Notes: a model not told the origin generated them from the sequence alone. 28,862 nt of DNA from an uncultured Eubacteriales bacterium (GCA_900317795.1 ONIF01000034.1:1-28862), one strand, 5' to 3'. Shown: positions 16,907 through 25,983, numbered from the stretch's first letter. Numbers and translations: made by a program.

Positions 16907-17155
16907 TTATTTTTGCAGAGCTTCTGTAAGGGCTTTGGCGAGCTGGTCGGGGCATGATGTGCCACGAAATCCGCAGGGTATGCCTTGACATCTTGCTATT
17001 ACATCTTCTGCTTTCATACCCTCAACAAGTGCTGCTATTCCACGGGTATTTCCCATACAGCCGCCATTGAATTTTACATTTTTGACGATACCGTTTTCTA
17101 TTTCAAAATCGATTGAGCGTGAGCAAGTTCCGTTTGTCTTGTAGGTATGTTTCAT
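16907..17155 (-). CDS. TSCPD-domain protein (TIGR03905-like)
   Basis: YKTNGTCSRSIDF, FNGGCMGN, CGFRGTSCPDQLA. Start at ATG 17155 after AGGAG. Confidence 0.88.
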   Translation of the reverse strand: MKHTYKTNGTCSRSIDFEIENGIVKNVKFNGGCMGNTRGIAALVEGMKAEDVIARCQGIPCGFRGTSCPDQLAKALTEALQK

Positions 17156-17174
17156 TATATTTTTCTCCTTTGTC

Positions 17175-17206
17175 AAAAAGACCGACACCGTTTATGGTAT
17201 CGGTCT
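17175..17206 (-). terminator. Intrinsic terminator of rpsF-ssb-rpsR
   Basis: AGACCGAUACC/GGUGUCGGUCU stem followed by UUUU. Confidence 0.85.
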
Positions 17207-17217
17207 GAATTTATTTA

Positions 17218-17469
17218 TCAGTCGCTTGTATAGGGCATGAGTGCGAGGTATCTTGCACGCTTGATTGCTACTGTAAGGTCACGCTGATGTCTTGCACAAG
17301 TGCCTGTTACTCTGCGGGGAAGAATTTTTGCTCTCTCGGACACAAAACGACGAAGTCTTGATATATCCTTGTAGTCAATGAATTCAACTTTATCTACGCA
17401 GAACGAGCATACTTTTTTACGACCTTTACGACCGTTTCTGCGGTTATCTCTCTCAGGTCTTTCTGCCAT
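17218..17469 (-). CDS. rpsR: 30S ribosomal protein S18 (zinc-binding C+ form)
   Basis: RKKVCSFC...IDYKD...[16 protein letters not shown]. Confidence 0.99.
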   Translation of the reverse strand: MAERPERDNRRNGRKGRKKVCSFCVDKVEFIDYKDISRLRRFVSERAKILPRRVTGTCARHQRDLTVAIKRARYLALMPYTSD

Positions 17470-17494
17470 GAGTAGTTCCTCCTTTACTTAGTTA

Positions 17495-17989
17495 TCAAAA
17501 GGGCAGGTCCTCATCTGACGGCATTGCACTGTAATCTCCCATATCACCGTTGGAATATGACGGCTGAGGAGGTACAGGCTCCTGCCTTGAGGTCTGCTGA
17601 TAGTTATTATTTGGCTGATAATTATTTTGCTGATAGCCGTTATTATAGCCACCGTTATTATTACCGCTGTCCGGCTTTGAATCACAGAACTCAACATTTT
17701 CGGCAACTACGTCTGTCGTATAGCGTTTAGTGCCGTCTTGAGCCGTATAGGAACCCGTCTGTATTCTTCCCGTAAGAGCTATTCTTCTGCCCTTGCTGAA
17801 ATACTTGCATATAAATTCTGCCGTCTTGCCCCATGCAACTATATTGATAAAATCCGCTTGACGCTCCTCGCCCTGCTTTACAAATGCACGGTCAACAGCT
17901 ATACTGAATCTCGCATAAGCCATTCCGCTTTGAGTATATTTCAATTCGGGATTTGCGGTAAGTCTGCCAATCAAAGAAACATTATTCAT
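17495..17989 (-). CDS. ssb: Single-stranded DNA-binding protein
   Basis: NNVSLIGRLTANPELKYT, ADFINIVAWGKTAE, acidic C-terminus DEDLPF. Start at ATG 17989 after GAGGAGG. Confidence 0.98.
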   Translation of the reverse strand: MNNVSLIGRLTANPELKYTQSGMAYARFSIAVDRAFVKQGEERQADFINIVAWGKTAEFICKYFSKGRRIALTGRIQTGSYTAQDGTKRYTTDVVAENVEFCDSKPDSGNNNGGYNNGYQQNNYQPNNNYQQTSRQEPVPPQPSYSNGDMGDYSAMPSDEDLPF

Positions 17990-18006
17990 TTTTTCTGCCT
18001 CCTCAA

Positions 18007-18300
18007 TCAAGCTTCTTTTTTGATAATCATAGAACGGAGAACACCGTCTGTGATTTTTGTAATTCTGTCGAGTTCTGCAGGGAATTCTGCATCTGACTGG
18101 AAGTTAAAAAGCACATAATATGCATCTGTTTCCTTGTTGATGGGATAAGCAAGTCTTCTCTTGCCCCACTCGTCAACACTTTCAACAGTACCATGCTTTT
18201 CGATAAGCTTCTTGAACTTCTTCACAGTTTCGGCAACAGCTTCTTCACCAAGTTTAATAGAAATTACGATAACTGCTTCATAAGAACTGATAACTGCCAT
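18007..18300 (-). CDS. rpsF: 30S ribosomal protein S6
   Basis: YEAVIVI...DEWGKRRLAYPINK...YYVLFNF...VLRSMIIK. Confidence 0.98.
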   Translation of the reverse strand: MAVISSYEAVIVISIKLGEEAVAETVKKFKKLIEKHGTVESVDEWGKRRLAYPINKETDAYYVLFNFQSDAEFPAELDRITKITDGVLRSMIIKKEA

Positions 18301-18372
18301 TATTATTGCACCTCCTTTTGGACATTTGCCCCTCTTTGCAAGGGGAAGGAATATCGCTTCAAGTCAAGCGAC
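18301..18372 (-). ncRNA. S6:S18 ribosomal leader
   Basis: UUCCUU...GUCCAAAAGGAGGUGCAA: an anti-SD/SD helix enclosing an inner hairpin and a CC motif, as in the established Firmicutes rpsF leader. Confidence 0.7.
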
Positions 18373-18378
18373 TTAATA

Positions 18379-18407
18379 ATTATAACACCCTTAAACCCAC
18401 TTGTCAA
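18379..18407 (-). promoter_or_regulatory. Consensus sigma-A promoter of rpsF-ssb-rpsR
   Basis: TTGACA, 17 bp, TGtTATAAT. Confidence 0.88.
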
Positions 18408-18431
18408 GACATATTTTCACCAAAAAAACCT

Positions 18432-20552
18432 TTATTTGCACAATGCAAAATCCACCGTGCCGAGTGCGATTTCTGCCGATTTCACTTCTATTGTCACAAT
18501 ATCGCCTATGGAATAGCTTACTCCGCTTTTTCTGTCTTTTGTAGTGGTAGTGCCGTTATACTCAAAATATGCCTTTTCATCTTCCGTCAAGTTCACAAAG
18601 CCCTCTATGCCGTTTTCTATTGCCACAAACAAGCCTTTATTTGTAATGCCCGATACTACTCCCTGATGTATCTCGCCAATGTGCTTTGTCATATACTCCG
18701 CTGCATAGAACTTTTCGCTGTCACGTTCCGCACGCATAGCCCTCAATTCTCTGTCAGATGACATCTTTGCAGACTCCTTTGCAAAGCCGTCAAACTTTCT
18801 CTCTATCTCGTCAACAGGCACTCCGCTGATTAAATCCGTCAATATTCTGTGTATAGATGTATCGGGATAGCGTCTGATGGGAGAAGTAAAATGACAGTAA
18901 TCTTCAAGTGACAAACCGAAATGCCCAAGCGGTCTGTAATCATATCTTGCCTTTGCCATTGAACGCAATACTTGTGTAGAAATCAATTTAGAATAAGGCG
19001 TTTCCTTTGCGGTATTGATGAGCGTTGCCAAGTCTGTTTGATGTACGCCCTCTTTCAATCGTCTGACATTAAAGCCGCAAGCCGCTGCCAAATTAGCAAG
19101 CGTTTCAAGCTTTTCGGGCTCGGGGGCTTCATGCACTCTATATACAAACGGTATGCCTGCACTCTTTGCATACAGTGCCGCTGCCCTGTTTGCCATTATC
19201 ATAAACTGCTCAATCAATTCCTCAGCCTGTCCCCTGTCACGCTCGGAAACATCTATACAAACTCCGTTTTCGTCAAGCACAAATCTTAATTCCGTACTCT
19301 CTATTTCAAGCTCTCCACGCTGTTTCGCCTTTGCTTTGAGAAGTTCCGCCAATTCCTGTGCGGCAAATATTTCTTCATACACTTCCCCATACTTCTCTTT
19401 GATTTCAGCACTTGCCGTTCCGTCTATTATCTCATTGACTTCCGAATATACTCCCCTCACTTTCGACACAATGACACTCTTTTCAAATCTGTAATCAACC
19501 AATTCTCCCTTTTCGTCAAGTGTCATAATTGCCGAAAATGTCAGCTTTTTCGTGCCTGCATTCAGAGAACAGCACCCGTTTGAAATTTCAACGGGCAACA
19601 TCGGGATAACTCTGTCCGCAAAATAAACAGATGTTCCCCTGTCCATTGCACTTTCATCAAGTCTTGTACCCTCTCTTACATAGTGCGAAACGTCTGCTAT
19701 ATGCACGCCCAATTCCCAGCCCTTTGCAAGCTTTTTCACCGAAATTGCATCATCAAGGTCTTTTGCGTCTGCACCGTCTATTGTAAATATCGGCTCATCT
19801 CTCAAATCCAATCTCTTTGCAATTTCCTCATCTGTAATGGGCATGGCTGCCGCAAGTGCCGCTTCACGCTTGACGGGTACAGTAAATTTTGTGGGAATGC
19901 CTGCCCCGTCTATTATCGCATCTGCACATATTTTCGCACTGTCAGCCCTGCCGTATATTTTGATAACCCTTGCATATATTTTCTTTGTCTTTTGGTCAAA
20001 TGCAACTGCCGCTTTGACTTTATCGCCGTTTTTGGCTTTCAGAGAACCGCCCTTTACTATCGGCAAAGCGTGGGCAAACCCCTCATCAGCCTCAATAAAT
20101 CCGTCTTTATTATGCATGAGCGGATTTTTCATATAAACGCCCGTTATGACACGAGTGCCTTTTTCAATAATCTTATGCACCACTCCGGCAGGTCCTTTTG
20201 CCTCCATTGTGATATTCTTCAGCAAAACCAAATCTCCGGGCATTGCCCCTTTATCATCTGCACCGTGTATGAACACATCTGCAACGCTTTCATCTTCGGG
20301 CTTCGCAAAACAAAATCCTCCCGAATGTCTTACAATCGTGGCTTTTAAATATCCCGCATTTTTCGGCAAGGCAATTTTCTTTACCCTGCCCTCTTTCAAA
20401 GTCACAATATCGCCCATGCTTTCAAGATACGAAACCGCATTATTAAAGTCCTCCGTATCCATTTTGGACATCAGCCACAATTCTTTTCTCTCAACAGGCT
20501 CACTCTGCCCGTTCAAAATTTCCATTATCAATTTATTATCTTCTTTATTCAT
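18432..20552 (-). CDS. rnr: Ribonuclease R
   Basis: Cold-shock domains, IFTIDGADAKDLDDAIS, LGVHIADVSHYV, GTSVYFADRVIPMLP, HFTSPIRRYPD, and a C-terminal S1 domain. Confidence 0.96.
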   Translation of the reverse strand: MNKEDNKLIMEILNGQSEPVERKELWLMSKMDTEDFNNAVSYLESMGDIVTLKEGRVKKIALPKNAGYLKATIVRHSGGFCFAKPEDESVADVFIHGADDKGAMPGDLVLLKNITMEAKGPAGVVHKIIEKGTRVITGVYMKNPLMHNKDGFIEADEGFAHALPIVKGGSLKAKNGDKVKAAVAFDQKTKKIYARVIKIYGRADSAKICADAIIDGAGIPTKFTVPVKREAALAAAMPITDEEIAKRLDLRDEPIFTIDGADAKDLDDAISVKKLAKGWELGVHIADVSHYVREGTRLDESAMDRGTSVYFADRVIPMLPVEISNGCCSLNAGTKKLTFSAIMTLDEKGELVDYRFEKSVIVSKVRGVYSEVNEIIDGTASAEIKEKYGEVYEEIFAAQELAELLKAKAKQRGELEIESTELRFVLDENGVCIDVSERDRGQAEELIEQFMIMANRAAALYAKSAGIPFVYRVHEAPEPEKLETLANLAAACGFNVRRLKEGVHQTDLATLINTAKETPYSKLISTQVLRSMAKARYDYRPLGHFGLSLEDYCHFTSPIRRYPDTSIHRILTDLISGVPVDEIERKFDGFAKESAKMSSDRELRAMRAERDSEKFYAAEYMTKHIGEIHQGVVSGITNKGLFVAIENGIEGFVNLTEDEKAYFEYNGTTTTKDRKSGVSYSIGDIVTIEVKSAEIALGTVDFALCK

Positions 20553-20565
20553 TTCATTCTCCTTA

Positions 20566-21166
20566 TCACATAAGTTTGATTTCAGATATTTCTCCCGAAA
20601 AATCTTTCCACTTTATCTCTCCGAAACATTTCTTCAAATACTCGTCAATATGCTTTTCAAAAACAAGTACATCACAATCAATATGCAGATATTTTGTATC
20701 TTTATCTTTGACTGCCAAGAATATTGTATCATCACTCAGCTTTATTTTATAAATGTTCTCGCTATCGGAATATAGAGGTTTTTCGTCACCATCATGCAGA
20801 ATTTTGGGAACACTCGGCTCTGTTCGGTTATAATGCCTGTTTTCTTCGGACAAGTCAAGCTTCCATATACTTTTTATCTCCAATTCCTCGAACTCTTTTA
20901 TAACATTAAAAAATAATCTTAATGCTTTTTCTTCATCATTTTCAGTCTGTTTCAATATAATATTGGCATATCCCATAAAAGAACTGCAATTATATTTTCT
21001 TCCAACGAAGAATTCCGTTATCCGTAAACAGCCTTTCATATTGATTTTCTATGACTGCACTCCGATACCCCAACAGGAATGTATGCATATCAGATAATTT
21101 ATTTGAACCTATATACATGGGAGGACGAAGTTTTATTTTTTCTGTCAAATCAAATATTGTATCCAT
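20566..21166 (-). pseudogene. Hypothetical protein gene broken by a +1 frameshift (58-aa ORF 20990..21166 plus ORF 20566..21039)
   Basis: ATG 21166 lies 4 nt after the degV stop and reads MDTIFDLTEKIKLRPPMYIG...FLLGY. A plausible continuation (EFFVGRKY...GYANII...DEEKALRLFF) lies in the +1 frame. Confidence 0.6.
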
Positions 21167-21170
21167 AATA

Positions 21171-22025
21171 TCACTCTGTCATAAACAAAATGCCAAGCGT
21201 TCCCGGACCGCAATGTGAAGAAATTGTACAGCTTGCACGTTCTATGAATATCTCCGTGAAGTAGTGCAGTTTGTCAAGCTCATTCTTGACTATTTCAACA
21301 TACTTTTCACCTATGCCTGCATGAGTGATGAAAATTTTATCGTTTCTTATATTTTCATATTTATCAAGCTGTTCATGCACATACTGTATCAGCACATTCT
21401 CTAATTTACCCCTGTATTTCTTGCCGACTGTCATTGAACCGTCATTATTATTGACTTCTATGCTTGGCTTTAACTGCAACAGATTTGCACCCAGCATGGC
21501 AAGCGTCGAACATCTTCCCCCTGCCCTCAGATAGTCCAATTTATCTATGACAAAGCTTGTGTGACATTTCGGCACGAGTGCCTTTATTTCTTCGGCTATT
21601 TCGGGGGCTGTCATGCCTTTTTCAATTCTCTTTGCCGTTTCTATCACAAGATGTCCGCTCCCCGATGACAAATTACATGAATTTATCGGGTATAAATGCC
21701 CGTCAAACTCCTGTGACGCTGTAACACAATTCTGATATGACGAAGATAATGCCGAACCCAAATTGATATGTATTACATCATAGCCGTCGTCTATATAGGG
21801 CTTGAATATGTCTATATATTCCTGCGTATTGATTGCAGAGGTTTTCGGGAGTTTGCCCGTCTTTGCAAAGTTCGCATATATATCATCGGGCTTAATGTTC
21901 ACCCCGTCATCATAACTCTTTTCATTCAAAATGATATGCAGGGGTATCAATTTAGCCTTGCACCTCTCCAAAAGCTCACCCGACACATCACACGTACTGT
22001 CTGCACTCAACAATATTTTTGCCAT
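21171..22025 (-). CDS. DegV family fatty-acid-binding protein
   Basis: ILLSADSTCD, PKTSA, HINLGSALSSSYQN, DKLDYLRAGGR, TISSHCGPGTLGILF. Start at ATG 22025 after GGAG. Confidence 0.93.
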   Translation of the reverse strand: MAKILLSADSTCDVSGELLERCKAKLIPLHIILNEKSYDDGVNIKPDDIYANFAKTGKLPKTSAINTQEYIDIFKPYIDDGYDVIHINLGSALSSSYQNCVTASQEFDGHLYPINSCNLSSGSGHLVIETAKRIEKGMTAPEIAEEIKALVPKCHTSFVIDKLDYLRAGGRCSTLAMLGANLLQLKPSIEVNNNDGSMTVGKKYRGKLENVLIQYVHEQLDKYENIRNDKIFITHAGIGEKYVEIVKNELDKLHYFTEIFIERASCTISSHCGPGTLGILFMTE

Positions 22026-22041
22026 CTCTCCACACACTCCT

Positions 22042-23015
22042 TTATCCGTTCTGCATTTTTTTCTTTTGTCTGATGTCCGTGCCGACAAATTCTATTCTCT
22101 CCATTGTGCCTATAATTCTCGATACGGTTCTTATATCATATCTTTTTTCTATATCCCCCAATGAAAGATTAGTGCTTATAATTGTCGGCTTTGATGTCAG
22201 CATTCTTGAATTCAGTATATTATATAAAACCGATGATTTATATTTTGTATCAACTTCCGCACCCACAGCAGGTCGCATTCCAATATATTATTCAATATAT
22301 TGCTTTCGTTATTCTGAGAGCCGAAATACTCTTTTTCTATCTGCTTGAGTATGACGGGGGCTGATACATACAGCACTCCGTAACCGCTGTCAATCACCTC
22401 TCTTGCGATTGCAAGGGAAAGATGTGTTTTTCCCAGTCCGGGACCGCCCTGCATTAAAAGGCTTTTGGACTTGTTGGAAAAACTCCCTGCATACTTACGG
22501 CACATATTCAGCACTCTCGACATTCTCACATAATCGCTTTCTTTCCCTCCCGAAGATGACTTTGAATAATACTCCAAAGAGAACGTGTCAAAGCTTGACA
22601 ACTCCAAAGGTGAAGTTTCATTCAGCTTTTGATATTCTATATTCCTGCACAGCTTTTTCATGCACTCACACATTCTGTCATCTGCATATCCCGTATCTTT
22701 GCACTTTTCGCATTTGTACCATATTTCAAGATAATTGCTCGGAAATCCAAACCCCGCTATAATATTTTCAAGCTCTTTCTGAGCTTTCAAATTGCTTGTT
22801 TTCAGCTTCTCCATTTCCTCTTTGACGTTTCCGCCTTTAAATATTATCCTTGCAGTCATGATAGAAGTCTTTGCAATATTTCTTTCAAGCTGTTTCGCCC
22901 TCTCGGAACGGGCATACAGCAGTTCACGCCTTTTTTCAAGTTCCTGTTCATTCCTGATACGCTGTTTTTCAAGAATTGCCCTTGCCTCCGCATAAGTACT
23001 GTTTGAGTATCCCAA
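22042..23015 (-). pseudogene. DnaC/DnaI (IstB-like) AAA+ replication helicase-loader ATPase, frameshifted at Walker B as sequenced
   Basis: CxxC/CxC zinc ligands and Walker A GGPGLGKT in ORF 22212..23015 (TTG start). The C-terminal part (GAE...LYNILNSR...KPTIISTNL...RTVSRI) is in ORF 22042..22278. The junction 22265/22266 lacks the hhDD residues. Confidence 0.88.
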
Positions 23016-23016
23016 T

Positions 23017-23967
23017 TCAATTCCACTCCTCACTGTCTGCCGCACTTTTACTCTCGTATGCCGCTATATCATACGTCGCTTTATAACTGTCACTTGATTT
23101 CCTGTTTTTTTTGTTTTTCTTCTCTTTGGCTTCCTCCGCACTCGTCACTCCGTTTTCGTGCCAGTCCTCCATTATCTTTCCCATATAATTATAATTCAGT
23201 TTTCCCGTATTGTTCACGCATTCCTCATAAGCATTCCTTATCATGTCCTCACTGCACTGCCATTCATTCAGCCACAAATCCGCATATTTACTTTCCATTT
23301 TTGTAGGAGAGTGGCTGTTCTGTTCCAATATCTCCTGAAGCCTTTTGGCAGTATTTCCCCTCTCCGTCAGATACTGTATCCGTTCCTCCGCACTCTCAAG
23401 AGTTAAAATCTCCCTTTCACTCCAATCCGCCGCTATTGCCTGTATATACTTCATACTGCATTTTCCTATGCCTGCCGCATACTCCAACATCATTACTATC
23501 ACTTCAACAGGCAGTCCATAATACTCATTGATAAACAGCAAAGTTGATTTATCACTTTGACTGATTATTCTTCCAAATACGCTCTCCGCCGAATCCATTA
23601 AATACGCTATACTCGCATCACTCAATATTCTTTGTGCCGTGTATTGTGCATCGGGCTTTTCGGGTCTTAATATCACTATCTCCTTTTTAGGTGCTTCTTC
23701 ACATTTTTCGGGCTTGACTTCTTCACTTTCGCCCGTCTGCATGACACCCATTTCACACCAGTACTGCATACAATCCTTTACATCTGCCGCCTGCATATTC
23801 AAAGCTTTTGATATATCCTCAATTTCAAAAGCTTCTCCCCAATGCCTCAATACCCACAATATCACTTTAAGCTGTGCCGCACCCGACAGCTTTATTTTTT
23901 CATCAACTATTGTTGACGGTACTGCAAACACGCTTTTCCATACTTCACAATTTATCCTGTACTCCAT
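23017..23967 (-). CDS. DnaD/DnaB-domain primosomal protein
   Basis: Two DnaD-like helical domains (AESVFGRIIS...YIQAIAADW...; YADLWLNEW...IRNAYEEC...YMGKIMEDWHENGV), adjacent to the DnaC-like ATPase. Confidence 0.85.
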   Translation of the reverse strand: MEYRINCEVWKSVFAVPSTIVDEKIKLSGAAQLKVILWVLRHWGEAFEIEDISKALNMQAADVKDCMQYWCEMGVMQTGESEEVKPEKCEEAPKKEIVILRPEKPDAQYTAQRILSDASIAYLMDSAESVFGRIISQSDKSTLLFINEYYGLPVEVIVMMLEYAAGIGKCSMKYIQAIAADWSEREILTLESAEERIQYLTERGNTAKRLQEILEQNSHSPTKMESKYADLWLNEWQCSEDMIRNAYEECVNNTGKLNYNYMGKIMEDWHENGVTSAEEAKEKKNKKNRKSSDSYKATYDIAAYESKSAADSEEWN

Positions 23968-23979
23968 TTTCTACACTCC

Positions 23980-24008
23980 ATTATACATCTTTACAAAGAC
24001 TTTATCAA
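23980..24008 (-). promoter_or_regulatory. Sigma-A promoter overlapping the cca stop, serving dnaD-dnaC-like
   Basis: TTGATA (24008-24003), 17 bp, TATAAT (23985-23980). Confidence 0.55.
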
Positions 24009-25348
24009 CCTATACTTTTCTTGATTTCTTCCGCATATTTCAGCAGAATTTCCCTTTCATTCTCCAATTCCCCGTCTATCACTTTTAAAAGAATACTATT
24101 CAGGCAATAGCCTATCATTCTCCCGTCGGTTATCCCCATATTCTTCATATCCTCGCCATTGATTTTCAGCGTCTTTAACGTGAAATCATTATTCTTATTT
24201 TTTTCCGCCCTGTACATCTTTTCGAGAAAATCAATATGCCTTATCGTTTCTTCAAAATATGCGGGACTTTGTGCCATTGTGTCAGCCCTCTTTAATTCAA
24301 GCATATCTTCAAACATATCCATGCCGACATTTGCTATATATCTTCTGATACTCTTGTCCGTATAAGGTCTTACATCATGGTATTTCACCAATTTACACAC
24401 ATCTTTTATTGTCTTATTATCGCTTTTCAGCCTTTTCAATTCACTTTCCGCTATTTTTTCACTAATATCGGGGTGTCCTTTGAAATGCCCTACGCCCTTT
24501 TCATCAAGTTTGAATGCAGACGGCTTTCCCATATCGTGAAACAATGCCGACAATCTCATAGTCTTTTCGGGCTTTACCCCTGCAATCACTTTTACGGTAT
24601 GTGTCCACACATCATATATATGATGAGGGTTTCTCTGTTCAAACCCTATCATTTTTCTTACTTCGGGCAATATCTCCCCCACCACATCTCCGTATTCCAG
24701 CAGAACTTTTTCTGCATTCTTTCCGCACAATATCTTTACAAACTCGCTCATTACTCTTTCAACAGATATATTTTGAAGCAAACAGGCATTTTTATGTATG
24801 CTTTTAGCCGTCTTTTTCTCTATCTCAAATCCAAGCACACTCGCAAATCTCAATGCCCTCAATATCCTCAATGCATCTTCCCCAAATCTCCTGTCGGGAC
24901 TGCCTACACATCTGACAATACCGTTTTTTATATCCGTCAAGCCGTCAAAATAATCCTGCATTCCCCTCTTTTCGCTGTATGCAAGGGCATTCATCGTAAA
25001 ATCACGCCTTGCCAAATCTTCCCTTAAATCCCTTACAAATGTCACGCTTTCGGGATGTCTGTTATCAAGATAATCTCCGTCTGTTCGGAAAGTCGTTATT
25101 TCATAGTTTTCTCCGTCAACTCTCACCGTAACCGTGCCGTGTTTCATGCCGTTTTTTATGATATTTTCAGCACCAAGACTTTTCAGCGTTTCTTCGGGCA
25201 GAGATGATGTGCATATATCCCAGTCACTCGGCACTTTTTTCATTACGCTGTCACGTATGCACCCGCCTACCGCATACGCTTCATATCCGCTTTCTTCAAG
25301 CCTGTTGATTATTTTTCTCACCGCCAACGGCATTTCTATCTTCATCAT
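24005..25348 (-). CDS. cca: CCA tRNA nucleotidyltransferase with HD domain
   Basis: YAVGGCIRD, DWDICT, EITTFR, DLARRDFTMNALA, FGEDALRILRALRF, ALFHDMGKP. Confidence 0.93.
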   Translation of the reverse strand: MMKIEMPLAVRKIINRLEESGYEAYAVGGCIRDSVMKKVPSDWDICTSSLPEETLKSLGAENIIKNGMKHGTVTVRVDGENYEITTFRTDGDYLDNRHPESVTFVRDLREDLARRDFTMNALAYSEKRGMQDYFDGLTDIKNGIVRCVGSPDRRFGEDALRILRALRFASVLGFEIEKKTAKSIHKNACLLQNISVERVMSEFVKILCGKNAEKVLLEYGDVVGEILPEVRKMIGFEQRNPHHIYDVWTHTVKVIAGVKPEKTMRLSALFHDMGKPSAFKLDEKGVGHFKGHPDISEKIAESELKRLKSDNKTIKDVCKLVKYHDVRPYTDKSIRRYIANVGMDMFEDMLELKRADTMAQSPAYFEETIRHIDFLEKMYRAEKNKNNDFTLKTLKINGEDMKNMGITDGRMIGYCLNSILLKVIDGELENEREILLKYAEEIKKSIG

Positions 25349-25983
25349 TTCACCTTCCTAAAAATAAAGCACCTCCAATGAAAACTACATTGAAGATGCC
25401 TTGTTTCATTATTTTTTATACAGACATTAAGCCTCTGCGGAACTCTCGGCAACACTCTCTGCCGAACTCTCGGCAACACTCTCTGCCGAACTTTCAGCAA
25501 CGCTTTCTGCCGAACTTTCAGCAACGCTTTCTGCCTTTCTGCCGAACTTTCAGCAACGCTTTCTGCCGAACTTTCAGCAACTGCACTCTCTTCCGTATTT
25601 GACGTTTCAGCCTTGCTTTCAACAGAACTTTCCGTTGTTTCGCCTGCCGTTGAATTTTCATCTTCGGAAATTTCCGAAACTACCGATACTTCATTTGACG
25701 TTTCGTTTACAACGTTATTTCCGTCAGACCTGCCCGAAAGTCCGAAATACGAAAGTGCATTCAAAAGCACCACAAGCACAAAAAATACGATTGCACAATA
25801 TTTCGTCACTCTTGCAAACAACGCATCAGCCGTTTTAGCCTTGCCTCTTTTAAGGAACGAATCCGCACCGCCTGTAATAGTGCCAAGTCCCGAATCGTGT
25901 CCCTCCTGCAATATGATAACGATTATCATTATCACCGAAAATATCAATACCAATGCTCCGACTATGATTTCCCAAATTCCCAT
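25345..25983 (-). CDS. secG: Preprotein translocase subunit SecG with a long acidic repeat tail (tail frameshifted; native stop probably TAA at 25427-25429)
   Basis: TM1, then IILQEGHDSGLGTITGGAD...KAKTADALFARVTKY, then TM2. GGAGGA RBS. Confidence 0.9.
   Translation of the reverse strand: MGIWEIIVGALVLIFSVIMIIVIILQEGHDSGLGTITGGADSFLKRGKAKTADALFARVTKYCAIVFFVLVVLLNALSYFGLSGRSDGNNVVNETSNEVSVVSEISEDENSTAGETTESSVESKAETSNTEESAVAESSAESVAESSAERQKALLKVRQKALLKVRQRVLPRVRQRVLPRVPQRLNVCIKNNETRHLQCSFHWRCFIFRKVK
25361..25402 (-). terminator. Intrinsic terminator after secG
   Basis: 15-bp stem AAGGCAUCUUCAAUG/CAUUGGAGGUGCUUU with G-U pairs, followed by AUUUUU. Confidence 0.7.
25430..25581 (-). repeat. 24-bp coding tandem repeat (VAESSAES) x6 plus 8 extra nt
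   Basis: GTTGC(T/C)GA(A/G)AGTTC(G/C)GCAGA(A/G)AG(C/T) units. 152 bp = 6x24 + 8; ctttctgc is duplicated at 25527-25542. Confidence 0.92.

Noticed and set aside
25430-25581. CRISPR-like array
   Set aside because: The 24-bp units are head-to-tail with no unique spacers, vary at codon third positions and lie inside secG. No cas genes are present.
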